Assembly (NCBI GenBank): GCA_022574205.1
Contig: JACZSL010000002.1
Location: 11,965-75,964, forward strand
DNA from: Patescibacteria group bacterium
GTDB taxonomy: Bacteria; Patescibacteriota; Minisyncoccia; Phycocordibacterales; JACZSL01
Reading direction: 5' to 3'
DNA: 64,000 nt
The notes under the pieces are model-generated. The model ran no database searches and was not told where the DNA came from. It worked only from the letters and a program-made list of their open reading frames with translations. The position numbers and the translations under genes are program-made. Each line of letters opens with the position of its first letter. Position 1 is the stretch's first letter. Below, piece by piece: positions 19,542 through 28,476 of this stretch.

Positions 19542-19566
19542 ATATATGAATATATGCTCATATATC
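19542..19566. promoter_or_regulatory. Candidate ArsR operator in the divergent ArsR/ZIP promoter region (ATATATG half-sites ×3, one inverted)
   Basis: gatatatgaatatatgctcatatatcaa: imperfect palindrome aatatatg-ct-catatatc. Confidence 0.4.
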
Positions 19567-19624
19567 AATATACTATAACACCAAGTAACTAGCAAATGGA
19601 CACGACTTAGGCTACCATTTACTT

Positions 19625-20398
19625 ATGACGGAAGCTTTCCTATATTCGATTATAAGCGTGCTCATAGTAAGTACGATTTCGCTCATAGGTATTTTTACCC
19701 TTACTCTTAGCCCTAGATTGCTCAAAAAGTCTGTGTTTGTGCTTGTGAGTTTGGCTGTCGGTGCGCTCCTGGGGGATGCTCTGATTCATCTATTCCCTGA
19801 AGCGCTTGAGGAAACGGGAAGTGCACAAATAGCATCTTTCTATGCACTTCTTGGCATGCTCATATTTTTTGTACTCGAAAAGTTTCTTCACTGGCATCAC
19901 CATACAGAACATGTTGGTGAAGAGCTCCTTGCGCCGGGTGGAAAACAAAAAATAAATCCGCTCGGTTATCTTATATTGACGTCTGATAGTTTTCACAACC
20001 TTATTGACGGCATGATCATAGGCGCCAGTTTTATGGTAAATACCGAACTGGGTATTGCAACAACAATTGCCGTCGTCCTTCACGAAATTCCACAAGAGAT
20101 CGGAGATTTTGGAGTTCTCATACACTCTGGGTTTAGTAAACTTCGCGCATTGCTTGTTAATTTTGGTACAGCGTTGTTTTCATTTCTTGGTGTTGGTATT
20201 GTTTTTCTCCTTCAAAATGTAAGTGAAAATATCAGCGGCATTCTAGCGGCGTTTGCGGCGGGAACCTTCCTTTATATTGCAGGAAGTGATCTCGTTCCAG
20301 AGTTACAAAAAACTCGCAGAGTCGGCGAGTCAATTTTGCAGTTTGTTGCCATGTGCGTGGGGATGGGTATTATGTTTGCTCTGTTGTTGTTAGAGTAA
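19625..20398 (+). CDS. zupT: ZIP-family zinc/metal transporter (ZupT-like)
   Basis: Eight-TM protein with the HEIPQEIGDFGVL ZIP signature. Confidence 0.8.
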   Translation: MTEAFLYSIISVLIVSTISLIGIFTLTLSPRLLKKSVFVLVSLAVGALLGDALIHLFPEALEETGSAQIASFYALLGMLIFFVLEKFLHWHHHTEHVGEELLAPGGKQKINPLGYLILTSDSFHNLIDGMIIGASFMVNTELGIATTIAVVLHEIPQEIGDFGVLIHSGFSKLRALLVNFGTALFSFLGVGIVFLLQNVSENISGILAAFAAGTFLYIAGSDLVPELQKTRRVGESILQFVAMCVGMGIMFALLLLE

Positions 20399-20756
20399 TT
20401 TGGCACCTTTGTGTCTTTTGTCATAGGCTTTTGTTTTGTATTGAAAACACAAAACACCAGCCTTGACTGGTGTTTGTGTCGCAACCCGCAGTAACACCCC
20501 CTGTTCCTGTCCAGGTGTTACTTGGACTAGAACATGCGTTTGCAGATACATACATTGTAGTAAATACTGGCTTATTTTCAAGGGAATTTATCCACCTCTG
20601 TGTATAAACGAATATGTTAAAATCCTGTAAAAATGCGGGATTTTTGCTTGTTTATTAGAGTGTTTTTAGTATGGTCCAAAACCTTGTGCTGCAAGATATA
20701 CACCAATAAATCTACATAAAAAAAACAGCCCATAGAAATAGTTATTTTGAATCTTC

Positions 20757-20831
20757 TGGGCGACTAGAGAGAATCGAACTCTCATCGCGGGTTCCACAAA
20801 CCCGAGTGTTAACCGTTACACCATAGTCGCC
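20757..20831 (-). tRNA. tRNA-His (GTG) with encoded G-1
   Basis: Reverse complement GGCGACTATGGTGTAACGG...CGGGTTTGTGGAACCCG...TTCGATTCTCTCTAGTCGCCCA; cloverleaf with anticodon loop tTGTGga. Confidence 0.85.
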
Positions 20832-20873
20832 ATGTGTGCTTTTTATAGCAAATTAAAGCTAAAAAAGATACTC

Positions 20874-21293
20874 TTACTTCAACAAAAACTCTTTTGCTTT
20901 CCTCAACACCTCCCTCCTATTACTATATTGTATGAGCTTATTTGCTTCCTCAAATGTCGCCCACTTGTAGCTTTGTATTTCACTTTCTTGCGGCACTACT
21001 ACATTGTTTTCTACAAAACCCAGAAAATAATGCACTTCTTTTCTATACGACTTACCTTCATCTCGGACAACAATATATTCCTCTACTACTTTAAAGTCTT
21101 CAACGATGTCGATTTTATGTATTCCTGTTTCCTCGCTGAATTCACGCAGGGCTGTTTGTAGATCACTTTCGCCTTTTTCCTGCTCGCCCTTCGGGAAACT
21201 AAACGAGTCGTTTGTTTGTTGAACTATTAAGTAAAGATTATCACCTTCTACTTTATGGACGGGAATAATACCGCATGATTTTTTGTGTATCAT
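20874..21293 (-). CDS. NUDIX hydrolase
   Basis: Nudix box GEQEKGESDLQTALREFSEETGI. Confidence 0.8.
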   Translation of the reverse strand: MIHKKSCGIIPVHKVEGDNLYLIVQQTNDSFSFPKGEQEKGESDLQTALREFSEETGIHKIDIVEDFKVVEEYIVVRDEGKSYRKEVHYFLGFVENNVVVPQESEIQSYKWATFEEANKLIQYSNRREVLRKAKEFLLK

Positions 21294-21420
21294 CCCGATA
21301 GTAATAGGACACGGACACAGACTGTCCTTGCCACAAGATTAAACTTTCATTAATGTTCGACTTTTCCATTATATTTTGTCTCAGTGTCCGTCCTGCTTGC
21401 CGGCAGGCAGGGATTACTAT
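21294..21420 (-). repeat. ~130-bp repeated leader/MITE-like element, copy 1 (ends exactly at the NUDIX start codon)
   Basis: ~80% identical to 53081-53210; terminal inverted repeats cccgatagtaat/attactat(aagg); internal GC palindrome cctgcttgccggcaggcagg. Confidence 0.6.
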
Positions 21421-21431
21421 AAGGACTCATG

Positions 21432-21513
21432 TGCCCAGGGGGGGACTTGAACCCCCAAGCCGTGAAGCATACGCCCCTCAAGCGTACGAGTTTACCAATT
21501 TCTCCACCTGGGC
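21432..21513 (-). tRNA. tRNA-Leu (GAG), long variable arm
   Basis: Reverse complement GCCCAGGTGGAGAAATTGGTAAAC..TACGCTTGAGGGGCGTA..GGTTCAAGTCCCCCCCTGGGCA. Confidence 0.8.
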
Positions 21514-22188
21514 TTACAGTGTTTTATTTACGACACTTAATGCTTTTTCTATTTTTCTGCGTTTGCGAGATAAGCATATCACGTTTTTGTCGTAATACAT
21601 TTTTTTTAGGATCTTTAGTGATTCACTTTTTGCAAACCTTAATTGGTGTACGTTACCAAATTTGGAGCACACAATATGCCCTTTCACACTGATTAATTTC
21701 CCGAGCTCCTCTTTTATCCAATCTATGTGTTTTCTACTAGCAGAAGCAAAAACAACGTAAAACATGTAGCTTTTTTTCCAACGAGGATCCCAATACGAAT
21801 AAAAACACCCATCCCCATCATGATGACCTCTAAGAAAATCAAAGAAGTATGTTAGTGGAATTTCTATCTTGCCTATAATTTTTGTCTTGGCTGGACTAAA
21901 GCCAGCACCCAAAAGAAATTTGTACAACTTGACACTACCAAACTGAATTCTTGTGGTTCTTTTGCCAGTATGGGTAGAAATTTTGGTTCCAATTTTAACA
22001 TTAATGTTAAGACAACGCATAAAATTTAAAAGTTGTTCTTTGTCCTTGGAGGTTAAGTCAAAATGTCTTCCATCTATCGAGAGACTTCCATCAGTAGCTA
22101 AAAGCCCCATTGCATATGCAAAATTTGGACTCCACTTGGTACTTATTTCACTATTTCTCTTCACATTAGTCGTGCAATAATCATACAA
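21514..22188 (-). CDS. LAGLIDADG homing endonuclease (two-motif, single chain); its stop directly abuts the tRNA-Leu 5' end
   Basis: LLATDGSLSIDG and FLRGHHDGDGCF LAGLIDADG motifs. Confidence 0.75.
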   Translation of the reverse strand: MYDYCTTNVKRNSEISTKWSPNFAYAMGLLATDGSLSIDGRHFDLTSKDKEQLLNFMRCLNINVKIGTKISTHTGKRTTRIQFGSVKLYKFLLGAGFSPAKTKIIGKIEIPLTYFFDFLRGHHDGDGCFYSYWDPRWKKSYMFYVVFASASRKHIDWIKEELGKLISVKGHIVCSKFGNVHQLRFAKSESLKILKKMYYDKNVICLSRKRRKIEKALSVVNKTL

Positions 22189-22265
22189 AATATATCATTT
22201 CTGCTCAAGTATATAGCGTATACCACAGAAATTAAAATAAAAATCGTACCTATATGGTACAACTT

Positions 22266-22799
22266 TTATTTCTTCTCTTCTTTTTTTTGTTCAGCTTTCG
22301 GAGTCTCTTCAACTTTTGTATCCGTAGTAGAGCTCTCTTTTACCGGATCTTTCGTTTCTTTTTGTTCTTCTTTGGCTGATTCTGTATTTAGAGCATCTTC
22401 GGCTGCAGCTTTTGCTTTTTCTGCAATATCACTTTCTGTTGCAAGATCCATGAGTCTCATATGGCGCATCTGGCGACGGATTTCACGTGCAACTTTTTCG
22501 CGAATATAATACAGTTTCGATCTGCTGACTTTGCTTCTTCGGACGATTTCAATTTTATCAATCATCGGCGAGTAAAGTGGAAAAACCTTTTCAATGCCGA
22601 AGCCGTCCGAAACACGTCTGACTGTAAAAGTCGCGCCGGCCTCGTTACCGTGCTTCCTAGCAAGTACTAAACCCTCAAATGCCTGCAAGCGAGTCTTTCC
22701 TTTTTCCTGGATTTTTTGCCATACACGCACAGTGTCACCAGCACGAATACCGATGTCACGTCTACTTTTCATATTTACTTGCGATGTTGTGATTGCCAT
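22266..22799 (-). CDS. rplS: Ribosomal protein L19 with a Lys/Glu-rich C-terminal extension
   Basis: ...[58 protein letters not shown]...; start chosen at MAITTSQ by alignment to L19. Confidence 0.85.
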   Translation of the reverse strand: MAITTSQVNMKSRRDIGIRAGDTVRVWQKIQEKGKTRLQAFEGLVLARKHGNEAGATFTVRRVSDGFGIEKVFPLYSPMIDKIEIVRRSKVSRSKLYYIREKVAREIRRQMRHMRLMDLATESDIAEKAKAAAEDALNTESAKEEQKETKDPVKESSTTDTKVEETPKAEQKKEEKK

Positions 22800-23004
22800 A
22801 CGCCTGAATAGGCCAAACTTTAGCACAAGAAGTGCGGTTGTGCAAGAATACGCTAGATTCTGAGCGCTTTTATGGAGCTAAAATCACAGACTATTTTTGA
22901 ATGTCCCAGAAACTGTTTACGAAACGGGTGGATTGTCGACAGCCTACGCTCTCCATCGCTACTTACCTTACCACCCACTACCTACTACGATCGGTTGTAG
23001 TACC

Positions 23005-23044
23005 CACTTCGACTCCCGCCTGCCGGCGGGCAGGAATCGAAGTG
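23005..23044. repeat. GC-rich 40-nt hairpin of the CCTGCCGGC(R)GGCAGG palindrome family (possible terminator of the rluA-like gene / start of the rplS leader)
   Basis: cacttcgactcccgcctgccggcgggcaggaatcgaagtg: 8-bp outer stem plus GC-rich inner stem. Confidence 0.5.
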
Positions 23045-23057
23045 TGTAAGCTGTATA

Positions 23058-23777
23058 TTAATTTCTTAATTCCTTTAACGCTCTTTCAAAATCTTTTGGC
23101 AAAGGTGCTTCGGCGCAAAGAGTTGCCCCACTTGATAGACTTAGAGTAAGCGAATACGCGTGAAGTGCTAAGCGCTCGAAACCAAGCGCACACTCTCGCT
23201 TAGGGGCGTAAAGTGGGTCGCACACAATTGGGTGGTGGAGTGCTTTAAAATGGACACGTAGTTGGTGTGTTCTTCCTGTCTTAGGGCGTGCTTCTACATA
23301 TGAAAATTCGCCGTTCTCTTCAAGCACATCGTATTTGGTCAAAGCTTCCCGAAGTTTGCCGCGCGCGGACTTTTCGGCAGAACGCAGTCGAAAATTTTTA
23401 TTGCTTCGACCAATTGTTAAAGTTATAATTCCTTCCCCATCTTTAGGTACACCATATAAAAAAGCCCTATAGACCTTTGCTACCTTACTTTCTTTAAACT
23501 GCTGTTTCAGATGTGTATAAGCTTTTTGGTTTTTAGCAACAATAAGTACCCCTGATGTGTCGCGGTCAATTCTGTGGACAATACCAGGGCGGTGTATCTC
23601 TTTGTCGTCCATAATTTGGGTCTCTCCGACGTCCTGAATGCCAGGGTACTTTGAAATAAGCCAGTCTGTAACTGAGGGCTCTTTTGTCTTTCCGTCGAAA
23701 TGCACCACAAGCCCTGAGGGTTTGTCGAGCACAAGAGTGTCTATGTCTTCGTAGATAATTTTTGGGCTTTTATTCAC
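23058..23777 (-). CDS. RluA-family pseudouridine synthase
   Basis: S4-like N-terminus; catalytic HRIDRDTSGVLIVAKN. Confidence 0.85.
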   Translation of the reverse strand: MNKSPKIIYEDIDTLVLDKPSGLVVHFDGKTKEPSVTDWLISKYPGIQDVGETQIMDDKEIHRPGIVHRIDRDTSGVLIVAKNQKAYTHLKQQFKESKVAKVYRAFLYGVPKDGEGIITLTIGRSNKNFRLRSAEKSARGKLREALTKYDVLEENGEFSYVEARPKTGRTHQLRVHFKALHHPIVCDPLYAPKRECALGFERLALHAYSLTLSLSSGATLCAEAPLPKDFERALKELRN

Positions 23778-24472
23778 TTTCCAATTCTTCGCTCTCGCTC
23801 TTTATATTCGTCGAGTACGTGATTAAATTCTTCTTCGTCAAAATCTGGCCAGAGTGTGCCTGTAAAGTAAAGCTCACTGTAGACCGACTGCCACGGAAGA
23901 AAGTTTGAAAGACGCATTGTGTTTCCAGTTCTGATAATTATATCTGGGTCCGGGAGACCGTTCGTCCATAATTCTTTTTCAAACTCTTTTTCGGTGACTT
24001 CTTTTTTTTGGCCTTTTTTTAGAATGGAGTTTACTGCATGCACGATTTCAGCCCGCCCTCCGTATGAAAGCGCAAACGCCACCGTCTTCTCTTTAAATGT
24101 TTTTGTTTCTTCTTCCACCTTGCTCATCAGCGCCTGCACTAGTTTAGGCCACCGCTCACGTTGCCCAATAAAGCGCACACTTGTTTTCTTTTTTTTGGCC
24201 TCATCGAGTATCTCATGTAGTCCAGACTTTAAGAACTTCGTAAGGTTTGTGACTTCTTCTTTGCTTCGTTTCCAATTTTCTGTTGAAAATGCATAGAATA
24301 TGAGGTTTTTAACACCTGCTTTTTCTGCCCACGAAATACACGCTTTGAGATTATCAAATCCCGCACGATGTCCTTTTGCGACTGTGAGGCCGTTATCCTT
24401 CGCCCATCTGCGATTGCCATCAATGATAATACCTATAGACAGTGGTGTTTTGTATTTCTTTTGTACTGACAT
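23774..24472 (-). CDS. uppS: Undecaprenyl-diphosphate synthase
   Basis: IIDGNRRWAK... cis-prenyltransferase motifs. Confidence 0.9.
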   Translation of the reverse strand: MSVQKKYKTPLSIGIIIDGNRRWAKDNGLTVAKGHRAGFDNLKACISWAEKAGVKNLIFYAFSTENWKRSKEEVTNLTKFLKSGLHEILDEAKKKKTSVRFIGQRERWPKLVQALMSKVEEETKTFKEKTVAFALSYGGRAEIVHAVNSILKKGQKKEVTEKEFEKELWTNGLPDPDIIIRTGNTMRLSNFLPWQSVYSELYFTGTLWPDFDEEEFNHVLDEYKERERRIGK

Positions 24473-24478
24473 GTTTGT

Positions 24479-24754
24479 TTAGAAAACAATCGAAAAGTCT
24501 CTAAATGTTCCCTCCGAATCCTTCCACACTACCTCAACGTTCTTGATCAACGCAAGCACAGGTCCTTTGTGTAAATACTTAATCAATTTTTTAAGTTCTA
24601 CTTCACCACCCTCAGCAACAACCATTACGCCGCCATCGTCACTATTTTGAACTGTGCCAGAAAGCCCAAGTTTCATCGCTTTGCGCCAGACAAAATCCCG
24701 AAACATAACCATTTGCACACTGCCTGTAATTTTAGCTTCTATTTGGTGATTCAT
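24479..24754 (-). CDS. acyP: Acylphosphatase
   Basis: ...VQMVMFRDFVWRKAMKLGLSGTVQNSDDGGV... Confidence 0.75.
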   Translation of the reverse strand: MNHQIEAKITGSVQMVMFRDFVWRKAMKLGLSGTVQNSDDGGVMVVAEGGEVELKKLIKYLHKGPVLALIKNVEVVWKDSEGTFRDFSIVF

Positions 24755-24762
24755 ATTTAGTG

Positions 24763-24835
24763 CGCGATGAGAGACTTGAACTCCCGACCTTCTCGGTGTA
24801 AACGAGCTGCTCTACCAACTGAGCTAATCGCGCAA
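24763..24835 (-). tRNA. tRNA-Val (TAC)
   Basis: Reverse complement GCGCGATTAGCTCAGTTGGTAGAGCAGCTCGTTTACACCGAGAAGGTCGGGAGTTCAAGTCTCTCATCGCGCA. Confidence 0.8.
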
Positions 24836-25018
24836 TATCGAAAGTATATAAAAATTCGATGATTTTTCAACCGTGCATGGAAGAATGGGCTTGGTCTCGC
24901 CCCAAGCTTAAAACAAGCTTTTGGAGAGCGTGTTTTTCCTCACGTTCGATCCTTACCTCTAAAACAAATTAAACAAAGTACACGTATCTGAGTCGGTGCG
25001 TGTACTTTGTTCAATGCG

Positions 25019-25090
25019 CCCCCGGGAGGAATCGAACCCCCATCCAAAGCTTAGAAGTCTCTTGTTCTATCCATTAAACTACGGGGGCAA
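25019..25090 (-). tRNA. tRNA-Arg (TCT)
   Basis: Reverse complement GCCCCCGTAGTTTAATGGATAGAACAAGAGACTTCTAAGCTTTGGATGGGGGTTCGATTCCTCCCGGGGGCG; anticodon loop CTTCTAA. Confidence 0.65.
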
Positions 25091-25127
25091 GATTCTGGAA
25101 TTGAAATCGTTATTATCCTAGCATAAT

Positions 25128-25451
25128 TCAACGCACATTAGGTGCTGGTGGCAGATTTTTCTTGAGTTCCAAGAATTTGGTTTCTTTTTCTTCAAAGAGG
25201 TTAAGTGTCTTGTCGAGTTGCTTCAAATTAAGAACTATTACTTTTGCCGTTTCGTCTCTTTGAACGACAAAAATAGAGCCCTTGTTAATTTGTAAAAAAA
25301 GATATGTACTAAACAAAACATTTATGAGATTTAATAAGAGAAAGAATCCGAATACTAAAATCCAGTCGCGTTCTACTCGAGTGCGGTCATGATCCCCGTA
25401 TCCGTTGATAAATGAATTGCCTATTTTGCTTTGTAGATTTTCCAAAAACAT
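25128..25451 (-). CDS. hypothetical single-TM protein, last gene of the pilMNO operon
   Basis: 107-aa ORF with one TM segment; position only. Confidence 0.35.
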   Translation of the reverse strand: MFLENLQSKIGNSFINGYGDHDRTRVERDWILVFGFFLLLNLINVLFSTYLFLQINKGSIFVVQRDETAKVIVLNLKQLDKTLNLFEEKETKFLELKKNLPPAPNVR

Positions 25452-25558
25452 ATCTATGCCGTTATAAATTAATCTTTAGTCTATTTTCTCTCGCAATGCT
25501 TTGTTGCAATGTAAACGTCTCTAAGAATTGTGCGTCATCTTTTAATTTCATATCTGTA

Positions 25559-26110
25559 TTATTTTGTCTTTGTTATCAAAAGTCTAAAATCGCCTCGCCA
25601 TGCATATGCGCTCGTCTCTGCCTCCAATGATTTATTAAACTGTAGTCGAGTAATCCTTACCTTATAAGGCAGTGTCTCAAGTAGAAGAAAAGTGTGGTAC
25701 ACACCTTCCCACGACCCTTCTACGTTAATATCAAGAGATAGTTCCTCAACAAATGCCGAATTCTCGTTGACTTCTTTTCCAATTGAACGAACCTCGATCA
25801 CGACACCTGTCTGTGTCTCCAATGATTCAATACCTTCTAGGAAAGCCACAATACTTCTATCTGTAAGAATACGTTTTTGTAGGGCGTCACGTTTCTCTTT
25901 CGTTTCCTCTACTGAAACAAGCAGGTCGTCCAATCTCAGCTCTTGTTCGGACGCCTGACTGATACTGTCTTCCTTGATAGATATGGCTCTGTTGGTCGCC
26001 CTAATCTCGCCGAATAAAAATATGTACGCAACAATAACAAAAACAAGTGTAAGTATGAAGACGGAGACGGAGACGGAGACGGAACTAATTATTTTTGAAA
26101 ATTTTCCCAT
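25559..26110 (-). CDS. pilO: Type IV pilus assembly protein PilO-like
   Basis: Single TM then coiled-coil, downstream of pilN; contains an in-frame (GACGGA)x4 repeat encoding SVSVSVSV. Confidence 0.55.
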   Translation of the reverse strand: MGKFSKIISSVSVSVSVFILTLVFVIVAYIFLFGEIRATNRAISIKEDSISQASEQELRLDDLLVSVEETKEKRDALQKRILTDRSIVAFLEGIESLETQTGVVIEVRSIGKEVNENSAFVEELSLDINVEGSWEGVYHTFLLLETLPYKVRITRLQFNKSLEAETSAYAWRGDFRLLITKTK

Positions 26111-26111
26111 A

Positions 26112-26648
26112 TTAAAAGTCTCCTTTCACTTTAATAGTGAAATCGATGTCACGATCTTTTGCTAAATTTGATACTGGAAATTCAACACTTGTAAACAAAG
26201 CATCACCTTCGATTGCGCTGGAAAAACTAGTTAGTTGGCCTCGGCTTTCGGCAGTGCCGCCAATGCTTAAGAGTGTGCCGTCCGGGGTTTTGTCTAGAAG
26301 CACTTGTTTAATGATGACACCGTTTGGTTTATGCGAGAGGGCTGTACTGATAACTAAAGACGGGGAGGTTTCTGTGATGTCTTCGCTTAAAGCGGTAAGA
26401 TGTCGTTTTGTGCTAATAAGTATGTTATTTAGCGTGTCCGCTGTCTCTTTGTCAGCTTTTTTCTCTAGTAAGCTTGCTTGATTACTAACAACACGCTCTT
26501 TTGCTTTTGAGAGAAGGAACGATGGCAGTAAAAGTACCGTGCCTATGACGGTTGTCATAATAAATCCCGATACAATAACCAGTACAAGTCGAAGGGTGTA
26601 CTCCCGGTGGAGTTTCTTTTTTTGTTCGAGGGGGAGAAGGTTAATCAT
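26112..26648 (-). CDS. pilN: Type IV pilus assembly protein PilN
   Basis: Hallmark N-terminus MINLLPLEQKKKL..., single TM. Confidence 0.7.
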   Translation of the reverse strand: MINLLPLEQKKKLHREYTLRLVLVIVSGFIMTTVIGTVLLLPSFLLSKAKERVVSNQASLLEKKADKETADTLNNILISTKRHLTALSEDITETSPSLVISTALSHKPNGVIIKQVLLDKTPDGTLLSIGGTAESRGQLTSFSSAIEGDALFTSVEFPVSNLAKDRDIDFTIKVKGDF

Positions 26649-27768
26649 GTCGTTCTAGTGTAAGGTTTTGAAGCGCCAACCCAATTGACGTGGCGTATGC
26701 TAATGAATGTCGCTTATCAATCGGAGGAATGGCGTCCTCAAAAGAGAGTACATTTCCCCACACGTTGGCGATTTCAACAGGAATTTTAATGCTGTTTGAC
26801 AGGTAGTCGGCAAGTCCTGCAAGGTTTGAACTTCCTCCGCAAAGAATTATTTTATCGATTGCCGGCGCTTTTTTCTTGTCTGGAGTTGATCGGGTATTCC
26901 AATAGATATAGCGTTTATCGATTTCATCCCGAAGAGATTTAACTTCTTTCATAAGATCCTCAAATAACGCTTTATTCGTATCAAACTGTGAAAGACCTTT
27001 TTTATTTTTTATCTCTATAATACCCGCCTCATCAAGATGTGGTAAATGCTTTTTTATTGCCGCAGTCAAACCCTCGCCACCAACCGACACGGTGGAGGCA
27101 AATCTTAATGTGCCGCGGCTGACAACGGCAACACCAGTCCTGGCGTGGCCAAAATCAACAATCATGTAAGTACCTTTGGAGTCCGGAACAACACTGCGGG
27201 CAGTAGATTGTGTCTCGATCTCAAGCGTATGTGGAGTAAGTCCGGCACTCTTAAAAATGAAGACATAGTCATTAATGATTTCGCGGGAATATGCGGCAAC
27301 ACTCAAAACCATGTTTCCTACTTGATCTTTCGTCAGGATTTCATAATCAAAGACAGCGTCTCTTGCGGAAATTGGTATGTGCTCCTCAAGTTTAAACTCG
27401 AGAACACTTCTTACGCTCTGCCCGGGGGCAATTTTAGAGATTGTGGTTTGAAATAGATATGATTTTTCTTCTGGGAGTGAAATATTTACAAAATCAAGGC
27501 TGTGTTCCTCTTTTAATTTCTTCAGCTCCTCAGTAAGACGTTTTGCATCCTTTATTTTTCCCTGTACAACAATCCCTTCTTCAATCATAGAGGTGCCGAA
27601 TCGCCCAACACGTATGTTATCATGTTTTGTGACAAGCTCGAGAAATCGAATCGACACGTCGGAGATATCAATACCGACTGTTGGCATTATGATGAGTTGT
27701 GGTGGAGGAAAAAATTTCAAAAACTGACCTTTGAGCCCTTTGTGTATGTTTCCATTGTGACTGTGCAT
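26641..27768 (-). CDS. pilM: Type IV pilus assembly protein PilM (actin-like ATPase fold)
   Basis: ...TVGIDISDVSIRFLEL... PilM/FtsA-like; 4-bp overlap with pilN. Confidence 0.75.
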   Translation of the reverse strand: MHSHNGNIHKGLKGQFLKFFPPPQLIIMPTVGIDISDVSIRFLELVTKHDNIRVGRFGTSMIEEGIVVQGKIKDAKRLTEELKKLKEEHSLDFVNISLPEEKSYLFQTTISKIAPGQSVRSVLEFKLEEHIPISARDAVFDYEILTKDQVGNMVLSVAAYSREIINDYVFIFKSAGLTPHTLEIETQSTARSVVPDSKGTYMIVDFGHARTGVAVVSRGTLRFASTVSVGGEGLTAAIKKHLPHLDEAGIIEIKNKKGLSQFDTNKALFEDLMKEVKSLRDEIDKRYIYWNTRSTPDKKKAPAIDKIILCGGSSNLAGLADYLSNSIKIPVEIANVWGNVLSFEDAIPPIDKRHSLAYATSIGLALQNLTLERHD

Positions 27769-27885
27769 GTATCTTTATTATACCCGTCACCATCAAAGCA
27801 AAAAAGTGCTTGGGGTGTTTGTATCCACACACCTTTAGTGTTTAGGGCGGTGCGTGTAGCCCATAGTTATGAAAATTGTAACGTA

Positions 27886-28473
27886 CTAAATGAGGAGAAT
27901 TAAAAGTATGAGAGCGATAAGCGTAAAAGTAATTATGGTGAAGTGCTTGAAAACAATTCGTGTGATGTTTTCGCCAAATACGTGGACAATATAGGCTGCT
28001 GCGTAAAGCTGGAGCGCTCTTCCAATAATACTTGCTACAAGAAATGTCAAAAATGGTGCTCCCAAAAAGCCCGCAGACAATGTAAATACCTTATACGGAA
28101 GGGGTGTGAATGCTCCTGCGAAAACCACAAGAAATACGCTTCCGGAATAAAGTATTTTAGCCTCCTCAAGCCCTTCAGTTAAGCCATAAAATTCGATTAT
28201 TTTAGACCCTATGGTGTCGAAGAAAAAGAATCCAATGATGTAGCCTAATATGCCTCCAAGAACAGAAAAAATGGTTGCGATCGATGCGTGTAGGACCCAA
28301 CGTTTTGCACCAAATGCGATGATGGCTACAAGAAAAAAAATAGTTGGTATGGGGAAAAATGATGATTCGCTGAAGGAAATTACGGCAAGCCACGTTTTAG
28401 CGTTGCGGCTATTGGCGCGCTCTTTAAGCCAGTGGTGAAGTCCTGTTTTTAACTTGTGCATATTCTCCAACAT
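27886..28473 (-). CDS. DedA/YqaA-family membrane protein
   Basis: Polytopic; ...AGAFTPLPYKVFTLSAGFLG... Confidence 0.55.
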   Translation of the reverse strand: MLENMHKLKTGLHHWLKERANSRNAKTWLAVISFSESSFFPIPTIFFLVAIIAFGAKRWVLHASIATIFSVLGGILGYIIGFFFFDTIGSKIIEFYGLTEGLEEAKILYSGSVFLVVFAGAFTPLPYKVFTLSAGFLGAPFLTFLVASIIGRALQLYAAAYIVHVFGENITRIVFKHFTIITFTLIALILLILLI

Positions 28474-28476
28474 ATT

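Noticed and set aside
21353-21692. 80- and 87-aa plus-strand ORFs
   Set aside because: They overlap tRNA-Leu and the 130-bp element and are antisense to the LAGLIDADG gene.
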